Shown piece by piece: positions 1 to 13,120 of a stretch of DNA of 64,000 nucleotides. Every line of letters starts with the position of its first letter. The first letter of the stretch is position 1. Source of the stretch: Callorhinchus milii (lineage: Eukaryota); assembly GCF_018977255.1 (NCBI RefSeq), contig NW_024704743.1, positions 101,682,001-101,746,000 of the forward strand, read 5' to 3'. The notes below the pieces were generated by a model. That model had not been told where the DNA came from. It saw only the letters and a list, made by a program, of their open reading frames with translations, and searched no databases. Position numbers and translations under genes: made by a program.

Positions 1-1759
1 CAGTCACTACAATAAATCATATGAAGTGCTTTGAGGCATTCTCCTGATGTGAAAGGCATTAGATCAAAGCAAGGGTTATTATTATCTTATTAAAAGAAGG
101 ATTCAATGTCATAAGCAGACACTGTTTTTGTCGATGTAACATCCACTGTCAAGAAATTACTCTATCAATATACTGTGTGGAGGATATTGGATAGTGAGGA
201 GTAGATTACAAGGCTGTAATCCAATTAGTGTGTTTGGAGTACATCAAGATCCGTGAGTAAGGCCTCAGCTGTGAGTAAATATTCTAAACATTAATCTAGG
301 AGGATAAAAAATATCAATCCAGTTTTTGTGCACAATTACTGACTGGCAGCAGAGAGCAGCAACTAACATCCCACTGCAGTGGGTCACGGCACTGAGAGTC
401 AATAACAAGCTCTAACACACCGGAATGCAATATCCTAGAACTCAGGGGGACTCGCAACACCTTCATATACAACTGGAGCAGAATGCCTGGGAGTGATGTA
501 CTTCTGGTTACCAAGAGGTCCAGCTTGGGGTCCTTAATTAAGGAGTGCTATGAGAATTTGTGGTATTTTAAATCTCAGTCAACCTGATTTGAGTTTTAAA
601 CAATGACAACTTGCATTTATATTGCAGCTTTCATGCAGGACAATAATATTTTGGTCACTCAATCGACAACTGTTTGTGGGACACTGCTGTGCACAATTGG
701 CTGCCACGTTTCGCCCACAAATAGAGTGAAGAGCACTAAATCAAATGCAATGGAGTATTATTATAATTATTGGTTCAACATCAGCCTTGACTGTGGGGCT
801 TAAACCTGCAATCTTCTGCCTCAAAGGCAAGAGTGCCAAGTGTGCCAGGCTGACATTGTGAAATGTGTGGCACATTGTTGTGTGCTAATTGGCTGCCATA
901 TTCATAATAATCCTTAAAAAATAATAATTTGGACACTCAATCGACAACTGTTTGTGGGACATTGCTGTGCGCAATTGGCTGCTGCGTTTGCCCACAAATA
1001 TACAGTCAATTCACTTTACAGTATATTCTGTGAAGCTCTTTGGGACGTCTAGAAGATGTGAAAAGCGCTATATCAAATGCAAGGATTATTATTATTATAG
1101 AGTCACTACACGTTACAGTACATCCTGTGAAACGCGTTGATATGTTCAACGATGCGGTAAGATGCTATATCAATTGCAAAGATTATGAATTGCTATTTAA
1201 GGGTTTCAATTAGCCAGACAATAGGCACTGATCCCAGGAAAGTGTCCCACAGTCTGGGAAGACTGAGTAAACGTAGCAGAGTGAGCAATCATTACCTCTA
1301 GATCTGGTTGTATTTCAGAGAGAATCTCAGCTCACATTACTTAGTTATTTGCATACTGGAGAGTTAGCTGTGTATTTCTACCCCTGCTCCTCCCCCCATT
1401 CCAGTCCAGCATCAGTTGCTGACTCTTCCGTTGTCATAGAAATAAAACAGAAATATGAAGACATGTGCATAAGTACATTATACTTAAAATAAAACAAAGC
1501 CGTAATCCTGGTGTTTGTGATTTGATTGCAGAAGAATTAAGGCTGTAATTCTCAAAGAGTGCTTGTGAGGGACAGAAGCAAAAATAGAGAAGCTGTGAAT
1601 TAAGACAGATTTTTCTAAATGCAAGGGTATTTTAGACTTTAAAGTTTAAACCGACTGGAAACTAGCATTGCCCAGCGTGGCTGCACTCCTGCAGACAAGG
1701 TTGTAAATTATTGCCAGTTGAGTATTTTAAATCTACCAACAAATTTTAAACTCATACTG

Positions 1760-2085
1760 TACGCTGACACTCCAATTCAGTACTGCATTGTTGGAAGTGC
1801 CATCCTTGAAGAGACGTTAAACCAAGGTCCTGCCTGCTTGTTCAGGTTGGTTAAAGATCCTAGGGCCCTATTCAAAAAGAAAAGGGAGTTTCTCCTGGTG
1901 TCCTGGTCAACAATCCCCCAGATAAAACTGGTAATTCACTTCATGGATGTTTGTGGGACATTGCTATGTGTTGCATTATGCCTACAAATAGTCATTATAG
2001 TTAACAGTAAATTCCAATGAAGTTCTTTGAGAAGGCCTGCTGATGTGAAAGGAGCTATATCGAATGCAAGAATTATAATTTATTT
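1760..2085 (+). mobile_element. Older Deu-domain-like SINE. Representative copy; others at ~3575-3840, 8440-8720, 25520-25795, 27145-27430, 31015-31370(-), 38530-38850(-), 40025-40280, 43490-44110(-), 44780-45105, 52850-53205(-), 61250-61730, 62510-62825(-)
   Basis: Recurrent core gtgccatcctt-gatgagacgttaaacc-aggtcc-tctgcctgttcaggtgga-ttaaagatcccatggcactatt resembles the Deu domain of AmnSINE1/SacSINE1 (recalled). It shares the L2-type tail. Confidence 0.75.
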
Positions 2086-2956
2086 GTTATTAAGGCTTGA
2101 AAGTGGCCTTAACCCAGAAATGCCGGAAATGGTGGCCTATTCAAAATGAAACAATTACAATAATTTATTCCTCCGTGGCTGGGGAGCTGAAAAGGGCTGA
2201 CAGCATTTACAGCTCCAGTGAAGACATGGGGGGTGGAGGGGAGGGGGGGCGAGTGCTGCCCATAGACTTCAGCCCCTTTCTACTGTTAATGCAACGGTAC
2301 TTAAGTAAATTGCATACTGTCATTTTATTTTACTCTCATTTATCATGGGAAGCTCAATACATTCTCTGCTCTCAGGTTGCCTCTAATAACAGTTTTAAAA
2401 CACATATTATGGCAAACAAGAGACAATGGAGACACACACGAGCATTCACTCACCTCCTCCTCTGTTACATTTACGAATTCTGCAGCACCCTCATTAACAT
2501 AACAACCGTTTGGTAAGTGAAAATAATGTGCAATTTAGGTTTAGATCAATTACACTGTGGGGGAGAAATACCATCTGGGGTTACTCCAGTTAAGTAGCAT
2601 TTCAGAGCATTCCTAATTTGGAAAAATTCTTAAACGCAGTTTTAATTTTGAAACTATTATTTCTGTATTTGAAAAGAAACTTAAATAGAAAAACAGGCGA
2701 AGTTTAAGAATTAGCTAAATTCAGGATGCTTACATTAATAAGAGGAAATAAAAACCAGGTGGAATTTCTCACACTACAACAACAAAACAACAACAACAAA
2801 ATTACATTTGTATAACGTCTTTCATGTCGGGAAGAATCGCAAGGTGCTGGACAGACCGAGTTCAGATCTCAGCCCCCACCACCCCTATGTTGGACAACAT
2901 CCAAAGCCTTGTTCATCATTGTGTGAGTGAGTAGTTAAGAGGAAAGTATGTCCTAC

Positions 2957-3059
2957 CTCCGGGAGGCTGAGCTCCGCTTGCTGCCTGTATTGGACATAAG
3001 ACCTTCAGGTGCAGAAATGCTACCAGTGCTGCTGGAGGAACTGAAGTCAGCTTCACTGC
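2957..3059 (-). CDS. SYBU: Syntabulin coding exon 4 (103 nt, phase 1 to 2)
   Basis: Acceptor cctgtgtgcag|GCAGTG, donor CGGAG|GTAGGA. Encodes (G)SEADFSSSSSTGSISAPEGLMSNTGSKRSSASR, near-identical to recalled GSEADFSSSSSTGSISAPEVHMSTAGSKRSSSSR. Not in the ORF track in this frame. Confidence 0.95.
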
Positions 3060-3840
3060 CTGCACACAGGGTGAAGAAGGCATTAGACACACCACGCATA
3101 CATGATCAACTCCAAAGTTAAAGCAAACAGAGCACTGAAGGCTCAATGCCTGTTTTCCTACCGCTAAAAAAAATAACAAACTAGACAGATACAAAATTAA
3201 ATCTGAAATTCGTCTGATCTTTCGGTCAGGGGTTAAGCTTAAACATCTCTGATGGATTTGATGGATCTAAATTTAATTCAGCCACTACATGTGGCTTCTG
3301 TGATGCCCAGCTATATTATCAGATTACAGACATTCTGTGACTGAACAAAGGTGGCTACGCCTTTTCTGATCATCCAGCAAAAGCTGCTTCAATTCCCCTT
3401 GCCGATAGAAGGCTGTCATCTGGATGGCATTAATCCTTTAATTTTAATTTAGTGGAATAGTGAAATCAGCTCTAATTAAATGGATCCCATTATACCGTAT
3501 CCTTTTCTGTAAGCGATGTGTGCACTGTAGAAGCACAAACAACCTGAACAAACGGTCTTCTCAATCATTCAATACATTCGGGGAGCTGTCTTTCAGATGA
3601 GATGTTAAACCTAGTCCCATATGTGCCTGTTCAGGTGTCTGTTGAAGATCCCATGGCACTATTCAAAAAGAGAAGGTAATATCTCCTGGTATTCTAACCC
3701 AAAACATGGCTGTATGTTGGGCAATGGTGTGTGTAAATTGGCTGCCGCATTTGTCTACAAATATAGTCACTACACTTTACAGTAAATCCTGTCAAGCTCT
3801 TTGATATGTCTCAATGATGTGTTAAAGCGCTGTATCAAAT

Positions 3841-6380
3841 ACAACAACAACAACAAAATTACATTTGTATAGTGCCTTTCACATCAGGAGGACGTCCCAA
3901 GGCGTTGGACAGTCAGTATTTTGGACCCAAGCTGGGGGTCAGGATTGGGGAGGGTGATCGAAAGCAGTGTCAAACAGGAGGGTCTTGAGATGGATCTTGA
4001 AGGAAGCAAGGGAGGGGATAAGGTGGAGGGACTGTGGGATGGAGTTCCAGAGAGTGGGCAGAGTGTCAAAGGGCCCACCCACCAATGGTGGGGTGGACGA
4101 GGTGGGGCACATGAAGCAGGCCGGAGCCCGCTGAGCGGAGGGATGGTAGGGGGTTAGGAGGTTGCAGAGGGAGGAGGAAGTGATGCCACAGAGGGCTTTG
4201 AAGGTGAGGACCAAGATTTTGAACTATATCCTCTGTGTGATGGGAAGCCAATGGAATCGGGCGAGGTCACGGAGCCTGGTGCTGGATAGGACACAAGCTG
4301 CAGAGATCTGGATGATCTGCCCCCTATGCAGGGAGAAGTTGGGGAGGCCGACAAGCAATGAGTTTGCATAGTCAAGCCTCGATGTTATGAATGCGTGTAT
4401 GAGGGTTTCGGCAGCCTGCGGTTGAGACCATGGCAGAGCTGGGCGATGTTGCCGAGGTGGGAGAAAGCAGAGTGAGTTATGGCACAGATGTGGGGTAGAA
4501 AGGGTTAAACAAGATGCCAAGGTTCCGGACTGGCTTAGTTAGGTGGAGTGTGCATCGATGGATGGTGATGCTGTCAGTGCCTGAGGTATGGAGGATCTGA
4601 ACCATCTGAACTATTCAAGAACAGAACCGTGAAGGTTGAGGTGAGAGTGGCAGTGGAGGAGGATAGAGTTGTCAACGGTGTCAAGTGCAGCAGAGAGGTC
4701 AAGGAGGATGAGGAGGCAGATGAACTGAATGTCATTTGTCACTTTAACCAGGTGCTGTGGGTGGCACGGAAACCCGATTGGAGGGGTTTGTGAAGGGAGT
4801 GGTGGGAGAGGAAGGAGTGAAGCTGGGAAGCAATGACTCATTCTAGGACCTTGAAGAGGAAAGGGAGGTTGGAGATGGGATGGTAGTTTGAGAGCAGAGA
4901 TAAGTCCAGGGAACGTTTTTTAAGGAGAGGAGTGATGACGACCATTTTTAAAGGGGTGGGAATGGTACCAGCTCCTTGCCCCTCTACTCCCAGACATCAT
5001 AAAAGTTTATGATGTCTGTGGAGTAGAGGGGCAAGGAAGCGGAGCTCGGAAGTAAGGAGAGGACTAGAGATGGAGTCAAGGGAGCAGGTGGTTGATTTCA
5101 TGCGGCTTATAGTGGTGAAGAGAGAGGAGTGGGAGACAGGTTTGAAGGTGTGGAGGGAGGGATGGGTAGGGGCCAGGGTGTGAGGGCTAGATGGGGAGGG
5201 GGTAGTAGATGGAAGGGCAGAGGCAGCTGAGCAGATCCCCTGACTTTGGATTCGAGGAAGTCCAGCATCGCTTTGCAGTTAGCATTGGAGGTGAGGATGG
5301 ACGAGGCGTGAGAGGATCGGCGGGAAGAGCCTGTTGGTGATGGAGAAGAGGAGCCTGCAGTTGTCCTTGGTGTCCAAGATTGTCTTGGAGTAGAACGAGG
5401 ATTTATCGGAGGCGAGGGCGGAACAGAAAGATTTGATATGGTGCAGCCAGATCTGCCGGTGGACCGTTAAGTTCGATTTAAGCCAGGTGCGTGCAGTGGC
5501 ACCTGTGCTCTAAGGGAGCAGAAGTGTCTCGTGAACCATGGTGACTCTCGTGAGTAGGAGACAATTCGGGAAGTGGGGGGAGCAAGGGAATTAAGAGTGG
5601 TGGAGAGGGAGTTGTGGAGGAGAGTGACCGAGGAGGAGAGGTCTTTATGGGAGGGAGCCCAGGGGGCAAGGAGTTCAGATGACTCCAAGGCAGTGGAGAG
5701 GGAGGGGGATGTAGGAGATGGAGGTGGGTTGGGTGGTGATGGGGAGAAGGATTGAGAAGTTAAGGGAGATGAAGTGATGGTCCGAGATCGCTTTGTCGAT
5801 GATTGTGGGTCTGAGACGGTGAGACCCCGAGTGATCACCAGATTAAGGGGGTGACTGCAGACGTGCGTGTCGGAGTGGATGTGGAGGGAGACTTTGAGTG
5901 AGGAGATAAGGTAGGAGAAGTTAGCAAAGGTAGAGTATGAGGGGGTGAAGCGAATGTTGAAATCGCCTAGGATTAGGAGGTGTTTGGAGCAAAGGGAGAG
6001 GGAGGATAGGAGGGTGGAGATGTCGGAAGGAAGGTGGGGGAGGGACATTTTGTAGGCTGATGTGGAGGGGACAGTTAGTGGCGGAATGTGAGGGGTGAGT
6101 GGGAGGAGGGGGAGGACTGACAGGGAGGGTGTGGATGTGAATGAGGGAGAGGATGGTCCCGTGGTCGGGGACCGATGGACCTTGCGGTGAGAATAGGGGA
6201 TAGGGCAGTCAGAGTGACTGCTGCTGGATAGCCAGCAGCCTCTGCCATGGTGGACCCGACAGAGGATTCGGAGTCTGGAGCAGAAAGAGGCAGTGGGATG
6301 GTGAAGCAGGGATAGGAGTCGGCGAGGGTGGTGGGAGAGGAGAACCAAGTGGTGGTAGGTAGCCGACAGGGGTGGGAGCA
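3841..6380 (-). mobile_element. L2-clade LINE, degraded, with internal deletions
   Basis: Minus-strand fragments include endonuclease LLILGDFNI, RT-region LILLDLSAALDTVD, and C-terminal HAFITSRLDYANSLL and HWLP. The 3' tail with (TTG)n is at 3841. Confidence 0.9.
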
Positions 6381-9300
6381 TTTTATTCACAATTTTATTC
6401 TCCATTTTAGCATCATCTACAACAGAGATTAAGAAAACTACACACATGGCTGATTCCCATTTGTGCTTCCACTCAGATTATTTTTGAAACAAGCCTAAGA
6501 AAATGTAGAGCCACAACTAAAAGAATATTGAAATCTCTGAGTCACATATCAGCTCTTTTGCATGCATCATGGACACACAAACCTAGCACCTGTAAGAATC
6601 AGTTGATTTCATGCTGCTTATTGAAGTGGTCTAATCACAAAATATAGCCCTTCAGTAGGTGAGATTCACAAGTCAAACTTCTGCCTACAAAATGGAGTTA
6701 AATCTGATGTATCACAGTGAGGTAGTGATGGGGGTGGCGGATTAAGAAATGAGTTGGAAAGAGTTTCTCAACATTGCCAAGCTCTTGAATCCTTGGCAAC
6801 AGTATGAGGGGAACCACTGTAGAGGAACTTGCTGGGAAAGTGGAAAGAAAACAATTCCAACACTGAAATTCTTTCAGGAAAATACTGACAATACTGAAAT
6901 AACATTAATAATAATGTTTACATTTGGCATAGAGCTTTATCAATTTGTTGAATTGTCTTCAAGTTCTTCACAGGAAATTATTGTAGAGTGTTGTGACAGT
7001 GTATCCTGTAGACCAAGCTTTTTAAAAAGTATATTATCAAATATTTGAATACTGAAAACAATCCTCTTTCTGGGAATGTAAGGAGGCAGCAGCTGCATTA
7101 TGAAATTTAATCAAACTGTTTGTGAGGGATTAAAGAGTCCCATGTTTGAAACCTCGCAGCCAAACTAATGGCATTGCAGCACAAACTTTAACATCTAGAA
7201 ACTCATCCTGGCTTAACTTCAAACTCCTAGTGAGCCATCAGTTTGGATTTATTTCCAAAGACTGAAATGGACTCAAACCACAATGGATTGGAAAACAATT
7301 CCAAATCTGTCCAAATTAATTCAAATCAGTTTAGGTGGGGAGGACCTTTCACCCTCGGCCCTGAACAGGCATGAGAATTGTTTTCCTTTGCAATACATCT
7401 CGCAACAGATGTTACACAGCTGCTGACTTGTTCTGCAATTATTAGCATATAATTCCACTCATGAAATGGGGTGTGAAATTAATACAATCTGGACATCATA
7501 AATTTTCAAGACTGAGGTGGATAGATATTTGTTAGGTCATGGTATTCAGGGATATGGGGCAATGGTGGGTAATTGGAGTTGAGGTACAGATCAGCGATGA
7601 TCTTATAGAATGGCAGAACAGACTTGAAGGGCTGAATGGCCTAGTCTTGTTCCAATGTTTCTATGTACAGGACGTGCTTAGATAGCTCTGTGAGTAGCTT
7701 AAGGATTTTTAAAAAATGCTTTATTCTTAAGGAGAGTTGTTGTGGATAGTTTTCTAAATTAAATGTTACCATTGTTCTACTGGTTTGGCACCATTTATAA
7801 TAATAATCCTTAAATTTGATGTTGAATCTTTCATATTAATAAGTCTCAAAGCACATCACAGGATTGACCGAAAAGCAAAGTGATTGAATTTTGTAGGCAA
7901 AAGCGGCAGCCAAACTGCACAAAGAAATGTCCTTCAAGCAGCCATGATATGAATGACCAGTTTTATCTGGGGAATTGTTTGTCAGGAACTTTTTCCCAAC
8001 TTTGTTGACATTTACAATTAATGTAAATCAAAAATTTGCTCTGAAAGCTGGTACAGGATTCATTGAAAAGTGTAGTGACTGTATTTTGTAGCCAAATGGC
8101 CTTTGCAGGCTGAGATCAGGTGGAAATACAGACTTCCTGGAGACCTCATTGAATCCCATACCCCAACATACGCAGAATTCACTTCATGGCTGTTTGTAGG
8201 TCTTTGCTATGTGCACATTGGCTGCTGCATTCATCTACAAAATACAGTGATTACAATTTACAGTGAATTCTGAAACGTGCTCTGAGATGTCCTCCCAATG
8301 TGAAAGGTGCTATATCAAAGGCAAGGACTATTATTATTTATTATTATATTAAAAAATTGTTAAGTAGAGGCAGATGATCCACTTCAAAAGATACTATATT
8401 AAATATATCCATCCTTTGATCAGACATTTAAACTGAAGTCTGTTTAGGTGATGTTAAACATCCCATGGCAAAAATCGAAATGCAAGGGAGTTTCTCACAA
8501 TGTCTTGGCCAACAATCCTACAAATAAAATTGGTCATTCACTCACATGGCTGTTTGTTGGACATTGTTGTTGGAAATTGGCTGCCATATTCGCCTACAAA
8601 TATACAGACACTACACTCTGCAGTAAATCCTAAAAGCGCTTTGAGATGTTTCAACAATGAGATAAGGAGCTATATGAAATGCAAAGATTGTTATCATTAG
8701 TGGTAGTATTATTATTATATTACCAAGAGATGAAGAAGTCCACGCAAAACTTAAAGTACAGTAATTTCAATGAAGGAAACAAAATGTTTGCTTATATGAG
8801 CCTATTACTGAGTGGAAACATTTAGTGAGAACACTTCATAATGGAAATTACTATAGTTACTGGCCCCAACGATCGCTGTGCCAGCTATATTCATTCATGG
8901 TAAATTGTTCCACTCATCAACACGTCCAAAATTGTACCCAGGTGCATCAAACTATATCCTTAAAAAGGATTGACTGGAAATGTAGGACATGCTTTGCTTA
9001 AAGAAAATCGCTGCTTATGCAATGATACCAGCAGAGAAACAAACTGCATTATGTTAGAAAAATACTTTTCGCAAGAAGTGAACCCAAAGGAACACTTCTG
9101 CTCCACTGCCTGGATGTTCTGCCAGCTTGGGATAGTGCTGTGACACATGCTTCCCTTGGAAGCAGAGCTTGAGTAAGAAAAACATTGAACACATAAAGAC
9201 ACACCCTGGCGGCTAAAATTCCTCTATAATGAAGCACGTTCCTTCCACAGACCACACAAATCTTACCCTGTCAATTTACCCTGTCAACCCATGCTATCTA

Positions 9301-11084
9301 CACATGCCAACTCCTTGAAGTCCAAACAAAATCCAGCAAAGTATCCACAATATTCTTCCATCCGCACATTTCTATTACTGAAACATCCTTCACTCCAGTC
9401 AAAATTTCCCCAGTCTCAGCAGCAGAGAAGTCAGCACTTTCTATACAGCATTTGTTTATCTTGGTCTGAATCTAACCCGCATCCTCCAATACTGTGGTGT
9501 ATTCAGAACCCAATAGTTATCCACTTTTAAAGCAGATAATAGATGCTGCATCAACTTATCTTGTTGTTCGTCCAGATCCACTATAGTGTATGGGGAAAAA
9601 AAGTCTAGTCCCACTTGAGGGTCTTTCATTTTTAACCACCACTCTATTTATGCCCCTACTGATAAGTCAAACAGTCTGCTTCCAAACAAATTATCATTTC
9701 AAAGACATGTATCAAGTTCTACCCTCAAACCGCCTCCTTTATAATGAGAACAGGTCAGCTTTGAAAGCTTCTCACAAGTCTAGGCTCTAAGTCGTATTGT
9801 TTTTGTTCTTCCTTGAATCCTGGTTCAAAAACGTAAAAATATACTACTAGTAACAGAATAAATAATGGAATAAATAAATAAAATAAAGTTTACATTGGAA
9901 ATAGCGCCTTTCATGTCGAGAGTATGTTTCAAAGTACTTCATAAGACTTAGTGTAAAGTGTTGTAACTGTGTATTTTATAGGTGAACATGGCAATTTACA
10001 CACAGCAAAGTCCCACAAAGAGCCATGAAGCGAAATGAAACATGAAATGAAAGACAATCTAGGGGATTGTTGGCCAAGACCAAGAGAAATTTCCTGCTCT
10101 TTTTGAGTCACACTATGAAATCTTCAAATCCACCTGGGCAGGCAGATATGACTTTAGTTTAATATCGCATCTGCTTTGAGACGTGCTCCCAATGTGAAAG
10201 GCGCTAAATAACTGTAACTTGTTCTTGTGGTTGTTTTAGTAGCCGACGTGAGAACATCATCCCAACGGGAAAGCTACTATACAAATGTCATTTTGTATTG
10301 TATTGTACTGAGAGGAATTTCAGCACTCAGAAGACTTCCATTCTCAAGAATTATTATTATTATAAGTTAGGCGAGGTTCCTTTACCAAGAATGCTAGAAT
10401 TCAGTAGATGCTATAGTGGCGTTCAAGGATAGAATGAAAATGGAGCTGAACGTTAAGCAGTGCACTGCAGGCTTCCAACCGTGTGGTTAAGGAAGACGCA
10501 GAGTCAAGGTACCAATCAGTCTATTCTTAAAAGATCCAAATGGAAAACAGAAGCAGATGTGCTCACTTTTCACATCTTGCTGCATGTTCCCTCCAGTTTT
10601 CAATGTGAATGCTCACAAATAACCTTAATCAGAACCATAACAAAACTACATAAATGCAAGCCAACTTCTTACAACAAACTATATTTTTTACAATAATAAA
10701 CCTTGCATTTGATATGGTGCTTTATCAGGTCAAGATGTCTCAAAGTGCAGTGTAATGACTGTGCATTTTCTAGATGAACTTGGCATCAAATTTACACACA
10801 GAAATTTCTGACAACAGTCATGCACTTCATAGCTGTTTGTGGGACATTGCTGTGATCAAATTGGGTGCTGAGTTCGTCTACAGTTTGCCTACAAATACAC
10901 GACGACTGCATATAATGGAAAGATCCTGTGAAGTCCTTTGAAATGTCTTGATTGTGAGCTAAGGCATTATATCAATTATTAATATATTGTTATATGATAT
11001 TGAATACAATTTTGAAACTCAGTTATTGAGCAGTGCTGGATAAGAGTAGTCAATTGAGAAAGAATGCTTACAATCTTGTCCAAC

Positions 11085-11580
11085 AGTCCATTGGCAGATC
11101 TGGCTGGACCTTATCAAATATTACCGCTCTGCCCTTGCCTCCGCTAAATCGTCCTTCTACTCCAAGACAATCTTGCAGGCCAAGGACAACCCCGGCTCTT
11201 CCGCCCACACTCTCACTCCTCGCCCATCCTCTCCTTCATCGCCAACTAGGAGGAGATGCTGGACTTCCTCGAAACCAAAGTCGAGGAAATCTGCTCAGCT
11301 GCTTCTGCCCTCCTCCACCGCCTCTCCTCTGACCTAAACCTTCATGGTTCTGTCCATGAATGGTTCAGATCCTACCGCAGGCTGCTGAGATCCTCATACA
11401 TGCATTCATAAAATCCAGGCTTGACTACGCAAACTCCCTGCTTGTCGGCCTCCCCAACACCTCCCTCCATAGGCTGCAGACTGCAGATCATCCAGAACTC
11501 TGCAGCCCGTGTCCTCTCCCGCACCAGGCTCTGCGACTCCTCCCAACCTGAAAGGCGCTATACAACTGTAATTTTGTTGT
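11085..11580 (+). mobile_element. L2 LINE fragments, internally deleted
   Basis: AAEILIHAFIKSRLDYANSLLVGLP and LQIIQNSAARVL, followed by an L2 tail. Confidence 0.8.
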
Positions 11581-12699
11581 TTTTTGGATTGTCTGAGTGG
11601 ATGATTGGAGCCTGGCCAGGGTTTCTGCTCTGCCTTGTGACTGCAAACAATGCATTCAATGAGTTTTTGATCTCACATTATTAGCTGGGCTGCTAGCCTC
11701 AATATCTGCAGCACCATCACTAACCACCATGAGAGCAAGTCCCTGGACTGAACAAGGAAAACACATACATTTGTAAGGTCAGCACAATCTGCTTCAGGAT
11801 GGGGCATCGGGCCAGCCATTCCCTGTTCAGTCTTTATTAATTCTAAGAAATATGAATGATAATCCTTGCATTTTATATTGCACTTTGCATGTTGGAAGAC
11901 ATGCAAGGTGCCATATAAAATGGAAGCATTTACTGTCGAGTATAACGACTGTGTTTTTTGGTCGGTAAACTTATTGATAAACTTCTTTGTAAGATAGACG
12001 GTGCTTTATCCAACTGAAACATCGCAATGCTTCACAGGCAATGCGCTATCAAAATGTAGTAACTGTATTTGCTACAGTTTGTTCATAAAGTCACTACATT
12101 TTACAGTATATCTTGTGAAGCGCTTTGAGACGTTCTCCTGATGTGAAACGCACTATAGTGAATGTAAGGTTTTTTTTTGATAAAATTTCACTTCCCCTGC
12201 TGAAACATAATTTCACATTAAAATAGTTTGCAACTCATTTCAGATTTTTAACTGAGTCCTCGCTACTTTGCACTAGAAGTTGCACCAAACAGAGTAAAAT
12301 TTAAAAAATATAGAGAAACACTTTTGTTTTTTTATATCTAAAAAGCCACATTATTACAATCAATTAAAGTTTGCCTACAAAATACAGTCACTGCACTTTG
12401 CCATAAAGATCTGTGAGGCGCATTGAGACATCTGCCCAGGCCCGACAGGTGCGATATCAAATACAAGGATTATTATTATAGTATTATTGAGCTGACTTGT
12501 TGTTGATACAGGATATATAGCCATTAAATGATGACGGTAATTGAATATGCATCACACACTCCCAATAGACCTCTGTTCTGATATACCAGGAAGGATAGTG
12601 CATTTGAGTTGAATAGAATACAACCATTGTTTTTAGGTAAAGAAAAAAGAACCCAACAGAACACAAAACCTAAAGAGAAGCTTCCAGCAAATTCAAAAC

Positions 12700-13120
12700 T
12701 CCGCTACTCACATCTTCTCTCGCTTCAAACTCTGCACGCTTACCTCCCCAGGCCTCGCCAAGCTCCACTGTCTCCCTTTCTCCCAATGGGTCAACTTCAA
12801 GGTCCTCAGCCTCATCTATAAATTCCTCCACTCTCTAGCACCTCTCTAACTCTGTGATCTTCTCTTCCCCCACTACTCCGCTCCTCCCTTCTAACTTAGA
12901 CCTGTTGTTAACTTGGTGCCCCACTACCTTCAGTGCCAACATTGGTGGCCAAGCCTTCAGTTACTATGCCCCTAACCTCTGAAACTCCCTTGCTCTACCC
13001 CTCCATCTCACCTCCTCTCCTATCTACCTCTCTTTAATTCCCAATTTAAAGATCTGCCTCTTTGACAACACCCATAATCATTTTTCTCCCTCCCCGTCTC
13101 CCCGCTCAGCATCCAACCCT
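12700..13120 (+). mobile_element. Old L2 3' fragment
   Basis: Pyrimidine-rich sequence similar to the 3' ORF2/UTR of the 27.4-kb L2 (ttcaaggtcctc; ggtggccaagccttcag; ctctgaaactccct). Confidence 0.65.
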
